Assembly (NCBI GenBank): GCA_963847625.1
Contig: CAWKAR010000027.1
Coordinates: 160,001 to 224,000, forward strand
Direction of reading: 5' to 3'
DNA: 64,000 nucleotides
From: a candidate division FCPU426 bacterium
Lineage (GTDB): Bacteria > Oederibacteriota > Muellerivitia > Muellerivitales > Muellerivitaceae
Part shown: in pieces, positions 28,495 through 38,416 of the stretch
How positions within the stretch are numbered: position 1 is the stretch's first letter
Layout of the letters: each line of letters begins with the position of its first letter
Notes under the pieces: model-generated
Told to the model about the DNA's origin: nothing
The model's database searches: none
Seen by the model: the letters and a program-made list of their open reading frames with translations, nothing else
Made by a program: the position numbers and the translations under genes

Positions 28495-29687
28495 CCTTTC
28501 CCCCGAAAACTGATCCAAAAATATGTTAATTTTGGATTATAGATCGGGAGGGGAAAGATGGCAAAGAAACGGTTTTTATCTGAGCAGATAGTGGCTATTC
28601 TCCGCGAGGCGGAGAAAGCTCCCGCCGTTGAGGAAGTTCTCCGAAAGCATGGCATTTCCGAGCAGACTTACTACCGCTGGAAACGCATGTACGGAAGCCT
28701 TGGAGTTTCCGAAGTCCACCGCATCAAACAGCTGGAAGAAGAAAACCGGAAACTCAAGCAGTTAGCGGGTGATCAGGCCCTGGCTATTCAGGTTCTCCAA
28801 GAGCACATAAAAAAAAAGGGGTATTGATCGAGGAGCAAAAAGGCATGGTGGAAGCCCTGAAGGCTCAGGAAGTACCGGAAAGACGAGCCTGTGATGTTCT
28901 TGGGGTAAATCGATCGAGTTTTCGATATGAGGCCCAGCCAGAAGATCCGTTGAACCAGGTGATCCTGCAGGAAATGGTTAAGTTAGCGCAAAGAAACCGA
29001 CGTTTCGGAAGCCCTCGGATGTTGTGGATGTTGGAACGCAGAGGCCTTGATGTGAATCACAAGCGGGTGGAGAGGCTCTACCAGGTAGCAGGGCTTCAAT
29101 TACCGCGCAGGAGACCCAGGAAGAAGAGGGTTCCGACGGAATGGAGAAGGCCCCACCCGGCTTTGGGTTCCAACGAGGTGTGGACGATGGACTTCGTGCA
29201 TGACCTGACATGGTTCGGGGGAAAGGTGAAGTTTTTGACGGTGTTGGATGAAGGATTTAGGGAATGCTTGGAGATCCGGGCGGAGAAGCGAATGAGAAGC
29301 CGGGACGTGCTGGAGACGCTGGACGAGTTGATGACGGAGTACGGGACACCAAAGTGCCTGCGGGTGGACAACGGGCCAGAGTTCGTGGCGAAAGAACTGA
29401 GGAACTGGCTTGAGGAGAAGGGCGTAGAGGTGCTATATATCGAACCAGGGAGTCCATGGCAGAATGGATTCATCGAAAGTTTCAACGGAAAGTTTAGGGA
29501 TGAGTGCCTGAACCAAGAAATTTTTCTTTCAAAAGCGGAGGCCCAGGTAGTCGTGGATTGGTGGAGGCAGGTGTATAACTGGCAGAGACCGCACAGCAGT
29601 TTGGGGGGAAAAACCCCAATGGAAGCAAAGGCCGAAAAGTTGGGCCTTAACTAACTTAAATTTGGATCAAACATTGGGGGAAGGTCA
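28492..29687 (+). mobile_element. IS3-family insertion sequence
   Basis: TG..CA ends, IRs TGACCTTTCCCCCGAAAACTGATCCAAA / TTTGGATCAAACATTGGGGGAAGGTCA; orfA and orfB; no flanking target duplication. Confidence 0.93.
28558..29654 (+). CDS. IS3 transposase OrfAB (orfA 28558-28827, orfB 28824-29654; -1 frameshift)
   Basis: HTH OrfA, WTMDF..DNGPEF..PGSPWQNGFIESFN integrase core; A9 tract at 28809-28817. Confidence 0.92.
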
Positions 29688-29708
29688 GCAATGCCAATTA
29701 GATAAAGA

Positions 29709-30760
29709 CCCCAGTTCAATAACGAAGTGCAACACTTAGACCCGGCAGAACCCGGGGGTTATCCTAAGTGCTATGAAATCATCCTACAAGCATCTGTCGT
29801 TAGCCGAACGTGAAGAAATTTCAGTTTGGAATGCTGAAGGCCTCTCCCTTCGGGAAATCGCACGCCGTCTGGGCCGTGATGTATCCAGCATTTCCCGAGA
29901 ACTGAAGCGCAACGCCCCTCCTATACGATCTCGCCGCTACCTGCCCGCCAGAGCTCACATGCGTGCAGAACACCGAAACCGTCTTTCACGTACTCATTTA
30001 AGGCTTAAAAATCCTGAGATTCGCCGTTTAGTACTGCGAGAAATACCTCGTGGACTCTCGCCCGAGCAAATTGCCGGTTTTCTTCGCCGGGAGAAACCAA
30101 AACTTTCCGTTTCCCATGAAGCCATCTATCAATTCATCTACTGCGAAGCTCGAAACCTCATTCCTCATCTAGCCCGGGCCCATCGAAAACGTTTGCGACG
30201 TTGGCACACTCAAAAACATCGCAAAAGCCATATTCCTCAACGTACTCCCATTACCCAACGACCAGCTATCGTTGAAACAAGACAGCAATTCGGGCACTGG
30301 GAGGCCGACACCATCATCTCCCGGAAAAGCAAACCCTCACTTCTGGTTATGGTCGAGCGCAAAAGTCGTCTGGTGAAACTGGCTTGGCTACCTCAAAAAT
30401 CAGCTTTCCACACTAGAGCCGCAATCAACCGTCGGTTGGTTCGGATTTCAAAAGGCCTCCGCCGTACCATCACATACGACAATGGCTCCGAAAACGTCGA
30501 ACATCTCCAGGTGAATCGTGTTTCAGGCACTCGTTCATTCTTTTGTTTGCCCTTCCACAGTTGGGAGAAAGGTTGTGTTGAAAATACTGCAGGTCTTGTT
30601 CGTCGCTTCTATCCCAAGAAAACGGATTTTGCTACTATAACCCCAGCGAATGTACGACGCGTGGAACGGATCCTAAACCATCGTCCTCGCAAGTGCCTTC
30701 GTTTCAAAACGCCGGAGCAGGTCTTTAGTCAAGGTGTTGCACTTACTGGTTGAATTCAGC
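29709..30760 (+). mobile_element. IS30-family insertion sequence, copy 1
   Basis: Imperfect IRs sharing AAGTGCAACAC; AGA target duplication; 1052 bp, same length as copy 2. Confidence 0.93.
29773..30753 (+). CDS. IS30-family transposase
   Basis: HTH_38 N-terminus, GHWEADTI, TITYDNGSE, WEKGCVEN..G, LNHRPRK. Confidence 0.95.
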   Translation: MKSSYKHLSLAEREEISVWNAEGLSLREIARRLGRDVSSISRELKRNAPPIRSRRYLPARAHMRAEHRNRLSRTHLRLKNPEIRRLVLREIPRGLSPEQIAGFLRREKPKLSVSHEAIYQFIYCEARNLIPHLARAHRKRLRRWHTQKHRKSHIPQRTPITQRPAIVETRQQFGHWEADTIISRKSKPSLLVMVERKSRLVKLAWLPQKSAFHTRAAINRRLVRISKGLRRTITYDNGSENVEHLQVNRVSGTRSFFCLPFHSWEKGCVENTAGLVRRFYPKKTDFATITPANVRRVERILNHRPRKCLRFKTPEQVFSQGVALTG

Positions 30761-30858
30761 AGATCATTTTGCTACTTTAGCTGAAACTCTCACTAGTGGT
30801 TTTGGTTCACATGACTATAAAATTGACGCGTTTGAAGCTAAAAATAAATTAGGTTTAA

Positions 30859-32562
30859 CCGGAATTTCCCAGATGACCTTCTCTGAAAACATTGCCGGGT
30901 AATTTGTTTCTCATTATATTCCCCCCCCCCGCTTCTTCCACCCGTATCCGGAATTTTCTGGCCCAAGGCCAGCGAAATGAGCCCAAAAAAGGGTTTCTGT
31001 GCCCCAAAAAAGTTGAAAATGACCTTCCAGAAAGCCAATTCTCGTTGTGAACGCACACCTATCCCACGATGGTTGATCCGGTTGAAGCCATGAAGTGTTC
31101 CTGCGGTTATCGCAGTACTGGCGCTCGCGGCCTTACCATCGCCAGTAGCCTTATCCGTCCAAGGATTTCAGCAAACAGGCGTTGGGTAACCATCACCTCC
31201 GCCATCTGGAAAACCACGTACCGCGAATGGCGGATAACGTTAGCTCCGATTTTGATAAGTTTTTCTCGCAACGTCGTCAGCGACCAATGCTTCACCAGTT
31301 CTGGCAGGGCTAGACGGCGAAGGAAGTTGCCCAAGTTGTAAGCCAGTGCAAATAGTTGCAACCTTACTTGGTTGTCCGCGAAGTCGTGGCAGCTTAGTCT
31401 TGTCCACTTCATCGCGTACTTTCCCTCCTTGATCCATTGCTCAGCCGTACCTCTTCCGTTGTAGAACTTCACCACCTGGGGTGCCGGTCGTCGCATGTTC
31501 GTCACGATGAAACCCACCCTCGGGAAAAGTTCGCCGTTGTGATGCTCAATCTTCGCCACCACGCGGCGGGGTTTGTCCCAGCTGACGGCTTGGTATTGGA
31601 AGCTGTGATACCGGACAACCGGCTTGTGGGAAGGGCGGCCCACGGGACGGGTCAAAAATGGCTCAATTTCTCTTTGTAGCACGCCATTGGCGGGTTGGCG
31701 GATCGCATAAAGGTATCCTTCGTCTTCTAGGTACTCGTATAGTTCCTGACGGGCGAAGGCCGCGTCACCCCGGAAAAAACGGCTGATGGAAAGACCCCGA
31801 TAACGGACAACCACTGGTTCAAGAACCGACCGCCACTCGTGGGCGCTGGCCACATTGCCGTTGCGCAACATTGCCCGTTCCAAATCGCCAAACTGGTTGA
31901 AACAAAACAGGGGATGGTAACAGGTACAGCCGAAGTAACCGTTGTACAAGGAACCTTCTTGGTCCCCGTAGGTTTCACTCACGGAGCTGTCCATGTCGAG
32001 AATAATCTGCTGGATGGGCTTTTTTTCATGGACACCATCAATCCATTGGCCAGATAGGTCAATCAGACCGGTCTGGTTCTTCGACTGGGTGAGAACTTCC
32101 GTCTCGAAACGTCCCATCTGGCTGGTGGAGGCAGCTTGTTTTTCCTTGGCCCGTCCTCCGATCACATGCCGCATCGCCGGATCAACACTCAATCGTTCTG
32201 CGTCGTTGGTGTCCTCGTAACCGGCTAGGCGGCTGTAGATTGATTGCCGCAAAAGCGCCGTCATCGTATGTTGCGTATTCTTGCCGGTTCGCCGATCCCT
32301 CAGAAGGTTTTCCGTTCTGTCAGTCAAACCAAAGGCTTCATCGAGTTCACGATAGGGAATCAACCCGCCATCGGAAGTGACCTTCGCGCCATGGAACTCC
32401 AGCTTGAGACCAGGATCAAAAACCACCCGAAGAGCGTCTTTTCCCCTTTCACCCATTGCATTCCCCCCTCTCGTGGTCCCCAAAGTGAAGAAAAACCTTT
32501 GTTTGTATGGCCAAACGACGCCTTATTATACTCGAAAGGTAATTTCATCTGGGAAATCCGGG
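30859..32562 (-). mobile_element. IS1380-family insertion sequence
   Basis: IRs CCGGAATTTCCCAGATGA / TCATCTGGGAAATCCGGG; TTTAA target duplication. Confidence 0.92.
31107..32483 (-). CDS. IS1380-family transposase (DDE_Tnp_1_4)
   Basis: SDGGL, GYEDTND, LDMDSS, RGDAAF, YNGRGTAEQWIKEGK; true start may be ~27 nt downstream. Confidence 0.93.
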   Translation of the reverse strand: MGTTRGGNAMGERGKDALRVVFDPGLKLEFHGAKVTSDGGLIPYRELDEAFGLTDRTENLLRDRRTGKNTQHTMTALLRQSIYSRLAGYEDTNDAERLSVDPAMRHVIGGRAKEKQAASTSQMGRFETEVLTQSKNQTGLIDLSGQWIDGVHEKKPIQQIILDMDSSVSETYGDQEGSLYNGYFGCTCYHPLFCFNQFGDLERAMLRNGNVASAHEWRSVLEPVVVRYRGLSISRFFRGDAAFARQELYEYLEDEGYLYAIRQPANGVLQREIEPFLTRPVGRPSHKPVVRYHSFQYQAVSWDKPRRVVAKIEHHNGELFPRVGFIVTNMRRPAPQVVKFYNGRGTAEQWIKEGKYAMKWTRLSCHDFADNQVRLQLFALAYNLGNFLRRLALPELVKHWSLTTLREKLIKIGANVIRHSRYVVFQMAEVMVTQRLFAEILGRIRLLAMVRPRAPVLR

Positions 32563-32838
32563 TTTAAATGTTCTTCCATACAAAGTTGATTTAGAAAGAG
32601 CAGTTAACATACTATATGGAAAAGTTGTAGAAGTTTTAGCTTTAAATACCCCATTTGTTATAGCTAATGGGGATACACTTACAGGAATTTTAAAAAGCGA
32701 AAAAAAAGAGCTTAAAAAAACAACTACCTGTGAAGTCTCAATGCAAAACGTGCCAATGGCTGGTCCTCAACAAGCAGTAACTTTAAAAACGTCTGCTTGG
32801 GTTTAATGATATAATTAGTCTCGGCAGAAGGAGAGAAA

Positions 32839-33036
32839 ATGAAGCTACTTTTTAATTCTTCGATACCAGTAAGCCGATTATCTGAATTTTCTGATGTAGT
32901 TAATTATGTTTCTTCAGCTATTGAGCAAAATGATCAATTCATTATAGTTAATGATCAAAATCCCATTGTTGAATTAATTAATCAATCCAACAAAAGCATT
33001 CATGAATTGAGAAAAGAGAAAAAGCAGAAAAAATAA
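32839..33036 (+). CDS. Small hypothetical protein (AT-rich)
   Basis: AAGGAG RBS, 65 aa, follows the protease remnant. Confidence 0.5.
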   Translation: MKLLFNSSIPVSRLSEFSDVVNYVSSAIEQNDQFIIVNDQNPIVELINQSNKSIHELRKEKKQKK

Positions 33037-33505
33037 TTCTTAAAGAGTATCTTAATCACCAAAAACCAAAGGAATTATTTCTCCGAGTTTCGGGAAAGTT
33101 TTTTCCAATAATATGTGAAATTGGTCCCACGTTGCCGCCGCCCTCATTATTCAATCGCAATAATAAACGGTGTCATTAATTTTTAATATTTAAAACTCTT
33201 CCGAGAACAATTAGATATCCATTCTTCATTGTGTTTCTTCCTCCCCACCATTTCTTATCATTTGTTTATGCAAATGACATTGCCATTAATCGCCTATCAA
33301 CTTGTGGTTGATGGGCGGGCAAATCCCGCGAAGATCCATGATCCGTGAACTGCTGTCTTAAAACACCAATATAAAATGGATAATGGAAAATGAATAATGG
33401 TTGAAGATTTCCAAAGGACGGGGTCGTTGTCATTTTCAGGGGGCCTGCTAAAATAACGGCTCGTTTTGAGCCGCATTTAATAACAGGATGAACAGGATAA
33501 ATGAC

Positions 33506-34705
33506 ATGAAACAGACCCAACTTCCGCTTCCCCTGGGGTACATCGCCTCAGGAGTCCACGCGGGATTAAAGAAAGACCGCAGGCTGGACCTGGCCCTGAT
33601 CTGCTCCACCCTGCCGGCCCAGGCGGCCGGGATGGTCACCACCAACCGGGTGAAAGCCGCGCCGGCCCGGCACACGGAAAAGGCCCTGAAAGCCGGCCAT
33701 AAAATCCAGGCGGTCGTGGTCACCACCTCCAACGCCAATGCCCTGACCGGCAAGCAAGGCGAGAGGGATGTCCAAACCACCGTCAAAGCTGCGGGTGACC
33801 TTTTGGGGTTGGACGATCAAGCCGTCCTGATGCATTCCACGGGCGTCATCGGGGTCCCCCTTCCCATGCCGAAAGTATTGGCCGGTCTCCGGCACGCCGT
33901 CCTTTGCCTTTCCCGCAGGGGGGGCATGGACGCGGCGAACGCCATCCTCACCACGGACACGTTCGCGAAGGTTTCCGCCAGGCCGTTCACGGTGGGCGGA
34001 AAAAACGCGTGGCTCACGGGGCTGGCCAAGGGGTCGGGCATGATCCATCCGAACATGGCCACGATGCTGGTTTACCTTTTGACGGACGCCGCGATTTCCC
34101 GGCCGCTTTTGCGGAAGGCCCTCCAGGAGGCGGTAGAAGAAAGCTTCCACCGCATCACGGTGGACGGGGACGTTTCCACCAACGATTCGGTGCTGTTGCT
34201 TTCCAACGGCGCCTGCGGCAACAAGCCCCTATCGTCTCCGGGTGCGGATTACCGGAATTTCGTGAAAGTCCTCAGTGAGGTTTGCCTGGACTTGGCGAAA
34301 GCCGTCGTGAGGGACGGGGAGGGAGCCACGAAATTCGTGACGATATCGGTTCGGGGCGCCCGGACGGATTCGGACGCCTACCTGGCGGCCATGGCAACGG
34401 CCAAATCACCCCTGGTGAAAACCGCCCTTTTCGGGGCCGACCCCAACTGGGGTAGGGCCTTGGCGGCGGTGGGTTATTCCGGCGCGAAGGTGGAGGAGTA
34501 CAAGGCGAAAGTTTGGATCGGCGGCTACCGGGTTTATGACCGGGGGAAAAAACTGACCTGGTCCCGGGAAAAATTAAGGAAGATCCTCAAGGGAAAAAAC
34601 GTGGATATCGCGGTGGACCTGGGGTTGGGAAAAGGAAGGACCACGGTTTATACCTGCGACCTGACGGATGGGTACATCGATATCAACGGCCGTTACACGA
34701 CCTAA
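33506..34705 (+). CDS. argJ: Bifunctional ornithine acetyltransferase/N-acetylglutamate synthase
   Basis: STGVIG, TTDT, KGSGMIHPNMATML, DGDVSTND, DGEGATK. Confidence 0.96.
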   Translation: MKQTQLPLPLGYIASGVHAGLKKDRRLDLALICSTLPAQAAGMVTTNRVKAAPARHTEKALKAGHKIQAVVVTTSNANALTGKQGERDVQTTVKAAGDLLGLDDQAVLMHSTGVIGVPLPMPKVLAGLRHAVLCLSRRGGMDAANAILTTDTFAKVSARPFTVGGKNAWLTGLAKGSGMIHPNMATMLVYLLTDAAISRPLLRKALQEAVEESFHRITVDGDVSTNDSVLLLSNGACGNKPLSSPGADYRNFVKVLSEVCLDLAKAVVRDGEGATKFVTISVRGARTDSDAYLAAMATAKSPLVKTALFGADPNWGRALAAVGYSGAKVEEYKAKVWIGGYRVYDRGKKLTWSREKLRKILKGKNVDIAVDLGLGKGRTTVYTCDLTDGYIDINGRYTT

Positions 34706-34799
34706 TAGTTCAAATCACAATTCCGTTCTGGGTTTTCTTTTTCGGTGTTATTTCAGTTAAGTCGTCATAGTACCTTCACACCTGTCCAAAATAAATCTA

Positions 34800-34892
34800 G
34801 CCACGGATGCATGGGATTCATGGGATTTATAAGCATAAATTTTTAAAAACTTTTTTTGTGGTCTATCCGAGTGCATCCCCTGAATCCGTGGC
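34800..34892. repeat. GCCACGGAT..ATCCGTGGC palindromic repeat (empty-site copy)
   Basis: Inverted ends; reverse-complement homologue at 36174-36423 carries two insertions. Confidence 0.75.
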
Positions 34893-35086
34893 AAAGGACT
34901 TGGTTTTGCTTAACGCCTTACAGATAAAAGAATTCCTGATTTTATTTATCTTTGTTACCTGGATTTTGTTTAATTTGGACGGCAATGAAGTCCCTTTTTT
35001 TATTTAAAGGGAATTGGCACAATGACATCTTAAAGATGAAAGCTTTTGATCAAATACGAACTGAGAGATTGAAATAGGAGAGACGA

Positions 35087-36148
35087 TTGAAAAAACGAAA
35101 AACCAGGAAGGGCGCCATCGGCAAGATCGGCGAATTCGGGTTCATCGGTAAAATCCGGACCCTTTTGAAATCCAATCCTCCATCCGTCATCCAGGGACTG
35201 GGCGACGACGCCGCCATATTCAAACCCTCGGCGGGCCACGAGCTGGTTTTCACCACCGACATGCTGGTGGAAGGCCGGCACTTCGACTTCCGCTTCATCA
35301 CGCCCTGGCAATTGGGAGCCAAAACCATGGCGGTCAACCTGAGCGATTGCGCGGCCATGGGGGCGAAACCCACCGTGGCGGTGCTTTCCATCGGCGTGCC
35401 GTCCTCTTTCCCGGTGAGGGACCTCGAGGCTTTTTACGACGGCCTCACGGGCTGGGGCGAATCCTACGGCGCTAGGGTAGTAGGCGGCGACACGGTGGGA
35501 AGCGAAAAGTTCATCGTGAACCTGGCCTTGATCGGGGAAATCGAACCGGGAAGGGCGCTCTTAAGAAGCGGGGCCAAGGTTGGGGATTCCGTCCTCGTGA
35601 CGGGAACCCTGGGCGATTCGGCCGCGGGCCTTCACACCCTCCGGCATCCCTCCGGGAGGGGCAAGGAAGCCATTCCCCTTTTGATCAAACGCCACCTGAC
35701 CCCCGTCCCTCGTTTCAACGTGGGCCGGTATCTTTCCACCCGAAAACTGGCTACCTCCGCCATCGACATCTCGGACGGCCTTTCCAGCGAAATCAACCAT
35801 TTATGCCGGGAATCGGGAGTGGGGGCGGAAATTCTTGAGGAGACCATTCCCCTTTCGATCGCCATGATCCATTATTGCCATGAAAACCGCTTGAAGCCGC
35901 TGGACTTCGCCCTGGGGGGCGGGGAAGATTACGAGCTTTTATTCACCGTGAAATCCTCCCGGGCTGAGCAGATTTCCCATGAACTGTCCGCGGAAACGGG
36001 CACTCCCGTCCATGTCATCGGGAAGATGGTTTCCCCGGCCAAGGGCGTCCGCTTGGTCACCCGCAAGGGAAAAAGAACGGCCTTGAAGCCGGGGGGATAC
36101 GATCATTTTTCAGGTTTGAAAAATACACAAAACATTTTTAAGCCTTAA
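35087..36148 (+). CDS. thiL: Thiamine-monophosphate kinase
   Basis: GEFGFI, GDDAA, NLSDCAAMG, GGDT, DISDGL, GGEDYEL. Confidence 0.96.
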   Translation: MKKRKTRKGAIGKIGEFGFIGKIRTLLKSNPPSVIQGLGDDAAIFKPSAGHELVFTTDMLVEGRHFDFRFITPWQLGAKTMAVNLSDCAAMGAKPTVAVLSIGVPSSFPVRDLEAFYDGLTGWGESYGARVVGGDTVGSEKFIVNLALIGEIEPGRALLRSGAKVGDSVLVTGTLGDSAAGLHTLRHPSGRGKEAIPLLIKRHLTPVPRFNVGRYLSTRKLATSAIDISDGLSSEINHLCRESGVGAEILEETIPLSIAMIHYCHENRLKPLDFALGGGEDYELLFTVKSSRAEQISHELSAETGTPVHVIGKMVSPAKGVRLVTRKGKRTALKPGGYDHFSGLKNTQNIFKP

Positions 36149-36192
36149 AGGCGTAAAGCAAGACCAAATTTTTGCCACGGATTCAGGGGATG

Positions 36193-36270
36193 TGCCGATT
36201 CACCCATAAACCAGTTAAGGATATCGGTACTATACCGAACTTTCATTGAAAGCTTTAATGAGGTTCGGCA
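36193..36270 (+). mobile_element. TGCC..GGCA double-hairpin mini-element, copy C
   Basis: Flanked by TG/TG inside host GGGGATGCACTC. Confidence 0.65.
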
Positions 36271-36343
36271 TGCACTCAGATTGTCCTAAGAAAAAGGCTT
36301 TAAGTATTTATGTTTATTAAATCCCATGAATCCCATGCATCTG

Positions 36344-36417
36344 TGCCGATTATCCAAAAAAATTATTGGAGATCGGTACAATACCAATCTCAATAAAAGC
36401 TTTATGGAAGATTGGCA
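36344..36417 (+). mobile_element. TGCC..GGCA double-hairpin mini-element, copy D
   Basis: Flanked by TG/TG inside host CCCATGCATCTGTGGC. Confidence 0.65.
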
Positions 36418-36473
36418 TGTGGCTAGGTTTATTTTGGACAGGTGTGTAAACAAATTAAAATCAGGGGCACTTT

Positions 36474-36947
36474 TTGCTGACCACTAGTTTCAACTGTGAG
36501 TCGCCCGAGGAAACCCAAAAGCTGGGGGAGTTGGCCGGTTCCAAGGCTTTGCGGGGCGATGTCTGGTGCCTTTCGGGGCCCCTGGGCGCCGGGAAGACCC
36601 TGTTCATGAAGGGATTGGCCAAGGGCCTGGGGTTCGAGGGTATGGTGACCTCGCCCACTTTCGCGCTCCAGCACATTTACGAGGGGCGGTTGACGCTATA
36701 CCATTTCGACTGGTACAGGCTTTTGAAGCCCGGGGAAGTCCAGGGGCTCGGCTGGGAGGAGTGGCTGACCCGGGGGGGAGTGGTGGCCGTGGAATGGGGG
36801 GACAAGTTCCCGGAACTCATGCCCGACACCGCCCTCAAAATAGGTTTTGACATCGTTTCCGATGAAGTCAGGCGAGTCACGTTGGAAGCCGGCCATCCCG
36901 GCTCGATCCCGCGTTTGGAGGAGTTGATTCAATGCTGGCCGCCCTAG
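36474..36947 (+). CDS. tsaE: tRNA t6A biosynthesis ATPase TsaE
   Basis: GPLGAGKT, VTSPTF, HFDWYRL, VEW. Confidence 0.95.
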   Translation: MLTTSFNCESPEETQKLGELAGSKALRGDVWCLSGPLGAGKTLFMKGLAKGLGFEGMVTSPTFALQHIYEGRLTLYHFDWYRLLKPGEVQGLGWEEWLTRGGVVAVEWGDKFPELMPDTALKIGFDIVSDEVRRVTLEAGHPGSIPRLEELIQCWPP

Positions 36948-37621
36948 AAACCACGACACACATTTCAAGCGTCGCCCTGCTCGACTTGGTCACAGGCGAA
37001 GAGATCGCCGAATGCTCACTGCCCGCGGGATGGGAAAGCTCCGCCACCCTCGTCCCGGCCTTGGAAACCCTCCTCCAGCAGAAGGGGTTCGACCCCCGGG
37101 ACCTGGACGCCGTGGCTGTTTCCATCGGGCCGGGGAGTTTCACGGGCATCCGGGTGGGCATGGCCACAGCGCAGGGCCTTTGCCTTCCCTCCAATCTCCT
37201 GGCGTACGGCATCAACACCCTCGACGGCTTGGCCGAGAACCTCCGGCATTCCGAGATGCTGGGGGAGGCTTTGTGCCTGCTGGACGCGCAAAGAAACGAG
37301 TGTTTTACGGGACACTACCTGATCGAGCCGGAAAGTTTCCGCCACCTCAGCCCCTCCGGAATCATGGGAGTGGACATGATGTCCACCTTGTTAAGGGAGC
37401 GGGCCTGGATCATTGGGCCGGGCGCGTTGAAGTTCGAGAAGGATATCCGGGAATGCCTGGGAACCAGCGCCATGTTCGCCTTCACGGCCCTTCACCAACC
37501 CAAGGCCATGAGCATCGCCCGGGTTGCCTACCGGAGGTGGAAGGCGGGCTCCCGGACGACCGTCGACCAGATGGAGCCCCTTTACCTGCGCCCGCCAGCG
37601 GTGGACGAAAAACCGGGCTAA
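36932..37621 (+). CDS. tsaB: tRNA t6A biosynthesis protein TsaB
   Basis: GPGSFTGIRVG, DAQR, PLYLR. Confidence 0.93.
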   Translation: MLAALETTTHISSVALLDLVTGEEIAECSLPAGWESSATLVPALETLLQQKGFDPRDLDAVAVSIGPGSFTGIRVGMATAQGLCLPSNLLAYGINTLDGLAENLRHSEMLGEALCLLDAQRNECFTGHYLIEPESFRHLSPSGIMGVDMMSTLLRERAWIIGPGALKFEKDIRECLGTSAMFAFTALHQPKAMSIARVAYRRWKAGSRTTVDQMEPLYLRPPAVDEKPG

Positions 37622-37666
37622 AAATTTTTGATCCGGAATACCTGGTTCCGGCGACCCTGAGGAACT

Positions 37667-38116
37667 ATGACCTTTCGTCCCATGCTGATGGAAGACCTGG
37701 AGCAAGTGGCGGAGATCGAGAAAAATTCCATGCCCTCCCCCTGGTCCAAGGAATTGTTCGAGGAGGAACTCCACCGGGACCAGGCGCATTACTTCGTCCT
37801 GGAGGAGGAAGGCAAGGTTGCGGGATACATGGGCTATTGGGAGGCGCCCCAGGAAGCCCATATCATCACCCTGGCCGTCCATCCGGGTTTCCGGGCCCGG
37901 GGGTTGGGAAGCCAGATCGTCCACCAGTGCCTGGGTTACGCCGCCAAGCGGGGGGCCAGGCTGGCCACCCTGGAGGCGAGGGAGGGAAACGAGGCGGCCC
38001 GGGGCCTTTACGAGAAATGCGGGTTCCGGTTCGTCGCGATCCGCAAGAAATATTACAGCGACAACCTGGAGGACGCGGTGGTGATGCTGAAGGAACTGAC
38101 GGACGCTGAAAGTTGA
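37667..38116 (+). CDS. rimI: Ribosomal-protein-alanine N-acetyltransferase
   Basis: GNAT motif RARGLG, LE.R..N..A..LY, RKKYY..EDA; tsaEB context. Confidence 0.9.
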   Translation: MTFRPMLMEDLEQVAEIEKNSMPSPWSKELFEEELHRDQAHYFVLEEEGKVAGYMGYWEAPQEAHIITLAVHPGFRARGLGSQIVHQCLGYAAKRGARLATLEAREGNEAARGLYEKCGFRFVAIRKKYYSDNLEDAVVMLKELTDAES

Positions 38117-38156
38117 AAATGCCTGATTCCGTGATTTTGTTGTGAGATTAATTTAA

Positions 38157-38399
38157 GGGATTTACTTACTTAACTCCCTTTTGCTGGAGGGTTTATTTGT
38201 CATTGCGAGGAACGAATTTTGTGACGAAGCAACCACAGTTCATGGGTGGTTTAAAGCTGTGGGTTTTGCCAGTGGTAAAAACTGTTATTTAAACTGAGGT
38301 TGCCACGTCATGACCGCCCCGCTATTCGCGGGGCATTCCTCGCAATGACACCTAACTAAATCTTTACTTTTCGTCTAGGGAGTTAAGTAAGTAAATCCC
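38157..38399. mobile_element. MITE, 243 bp, 23-bp perfect TIRs, 8-bp TSD TAATTTAA
   Basis: GGGATTTACTTACTTAACTCCCT / AGGGAGTTAAGTAAGTAAATCCC; TSD at 38149-56 and 38400-07. Confidence 0.8.
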
Positions 38400-38416
38400 T
38401 AATTTAAAGGTACAAC

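Larger units (their letters stand above)
29689..32806 (+). pseudogene. C-terminal remnant of an SDH/Clp-fold serine protease-like gene split by IS30 and IS1380
   Basis: Removing both ISs and one copy of each TSD gives an open frame ...LAETLTSGFGSHDYKIDAFEAKNKLGLNV...SAWV-stop. Confidence 0.65.

Noticed and set aside
33266..33520. 84-aa minus-strand ORF
   Set aside because: Overlaps the argJ start region; no motif or RBS support
37012..38109. 365-aa alternative-frame ORF over tsaB-rimI
   Set aside because: Pro/Gly/Arg-rich off-frame translation of recognised genes
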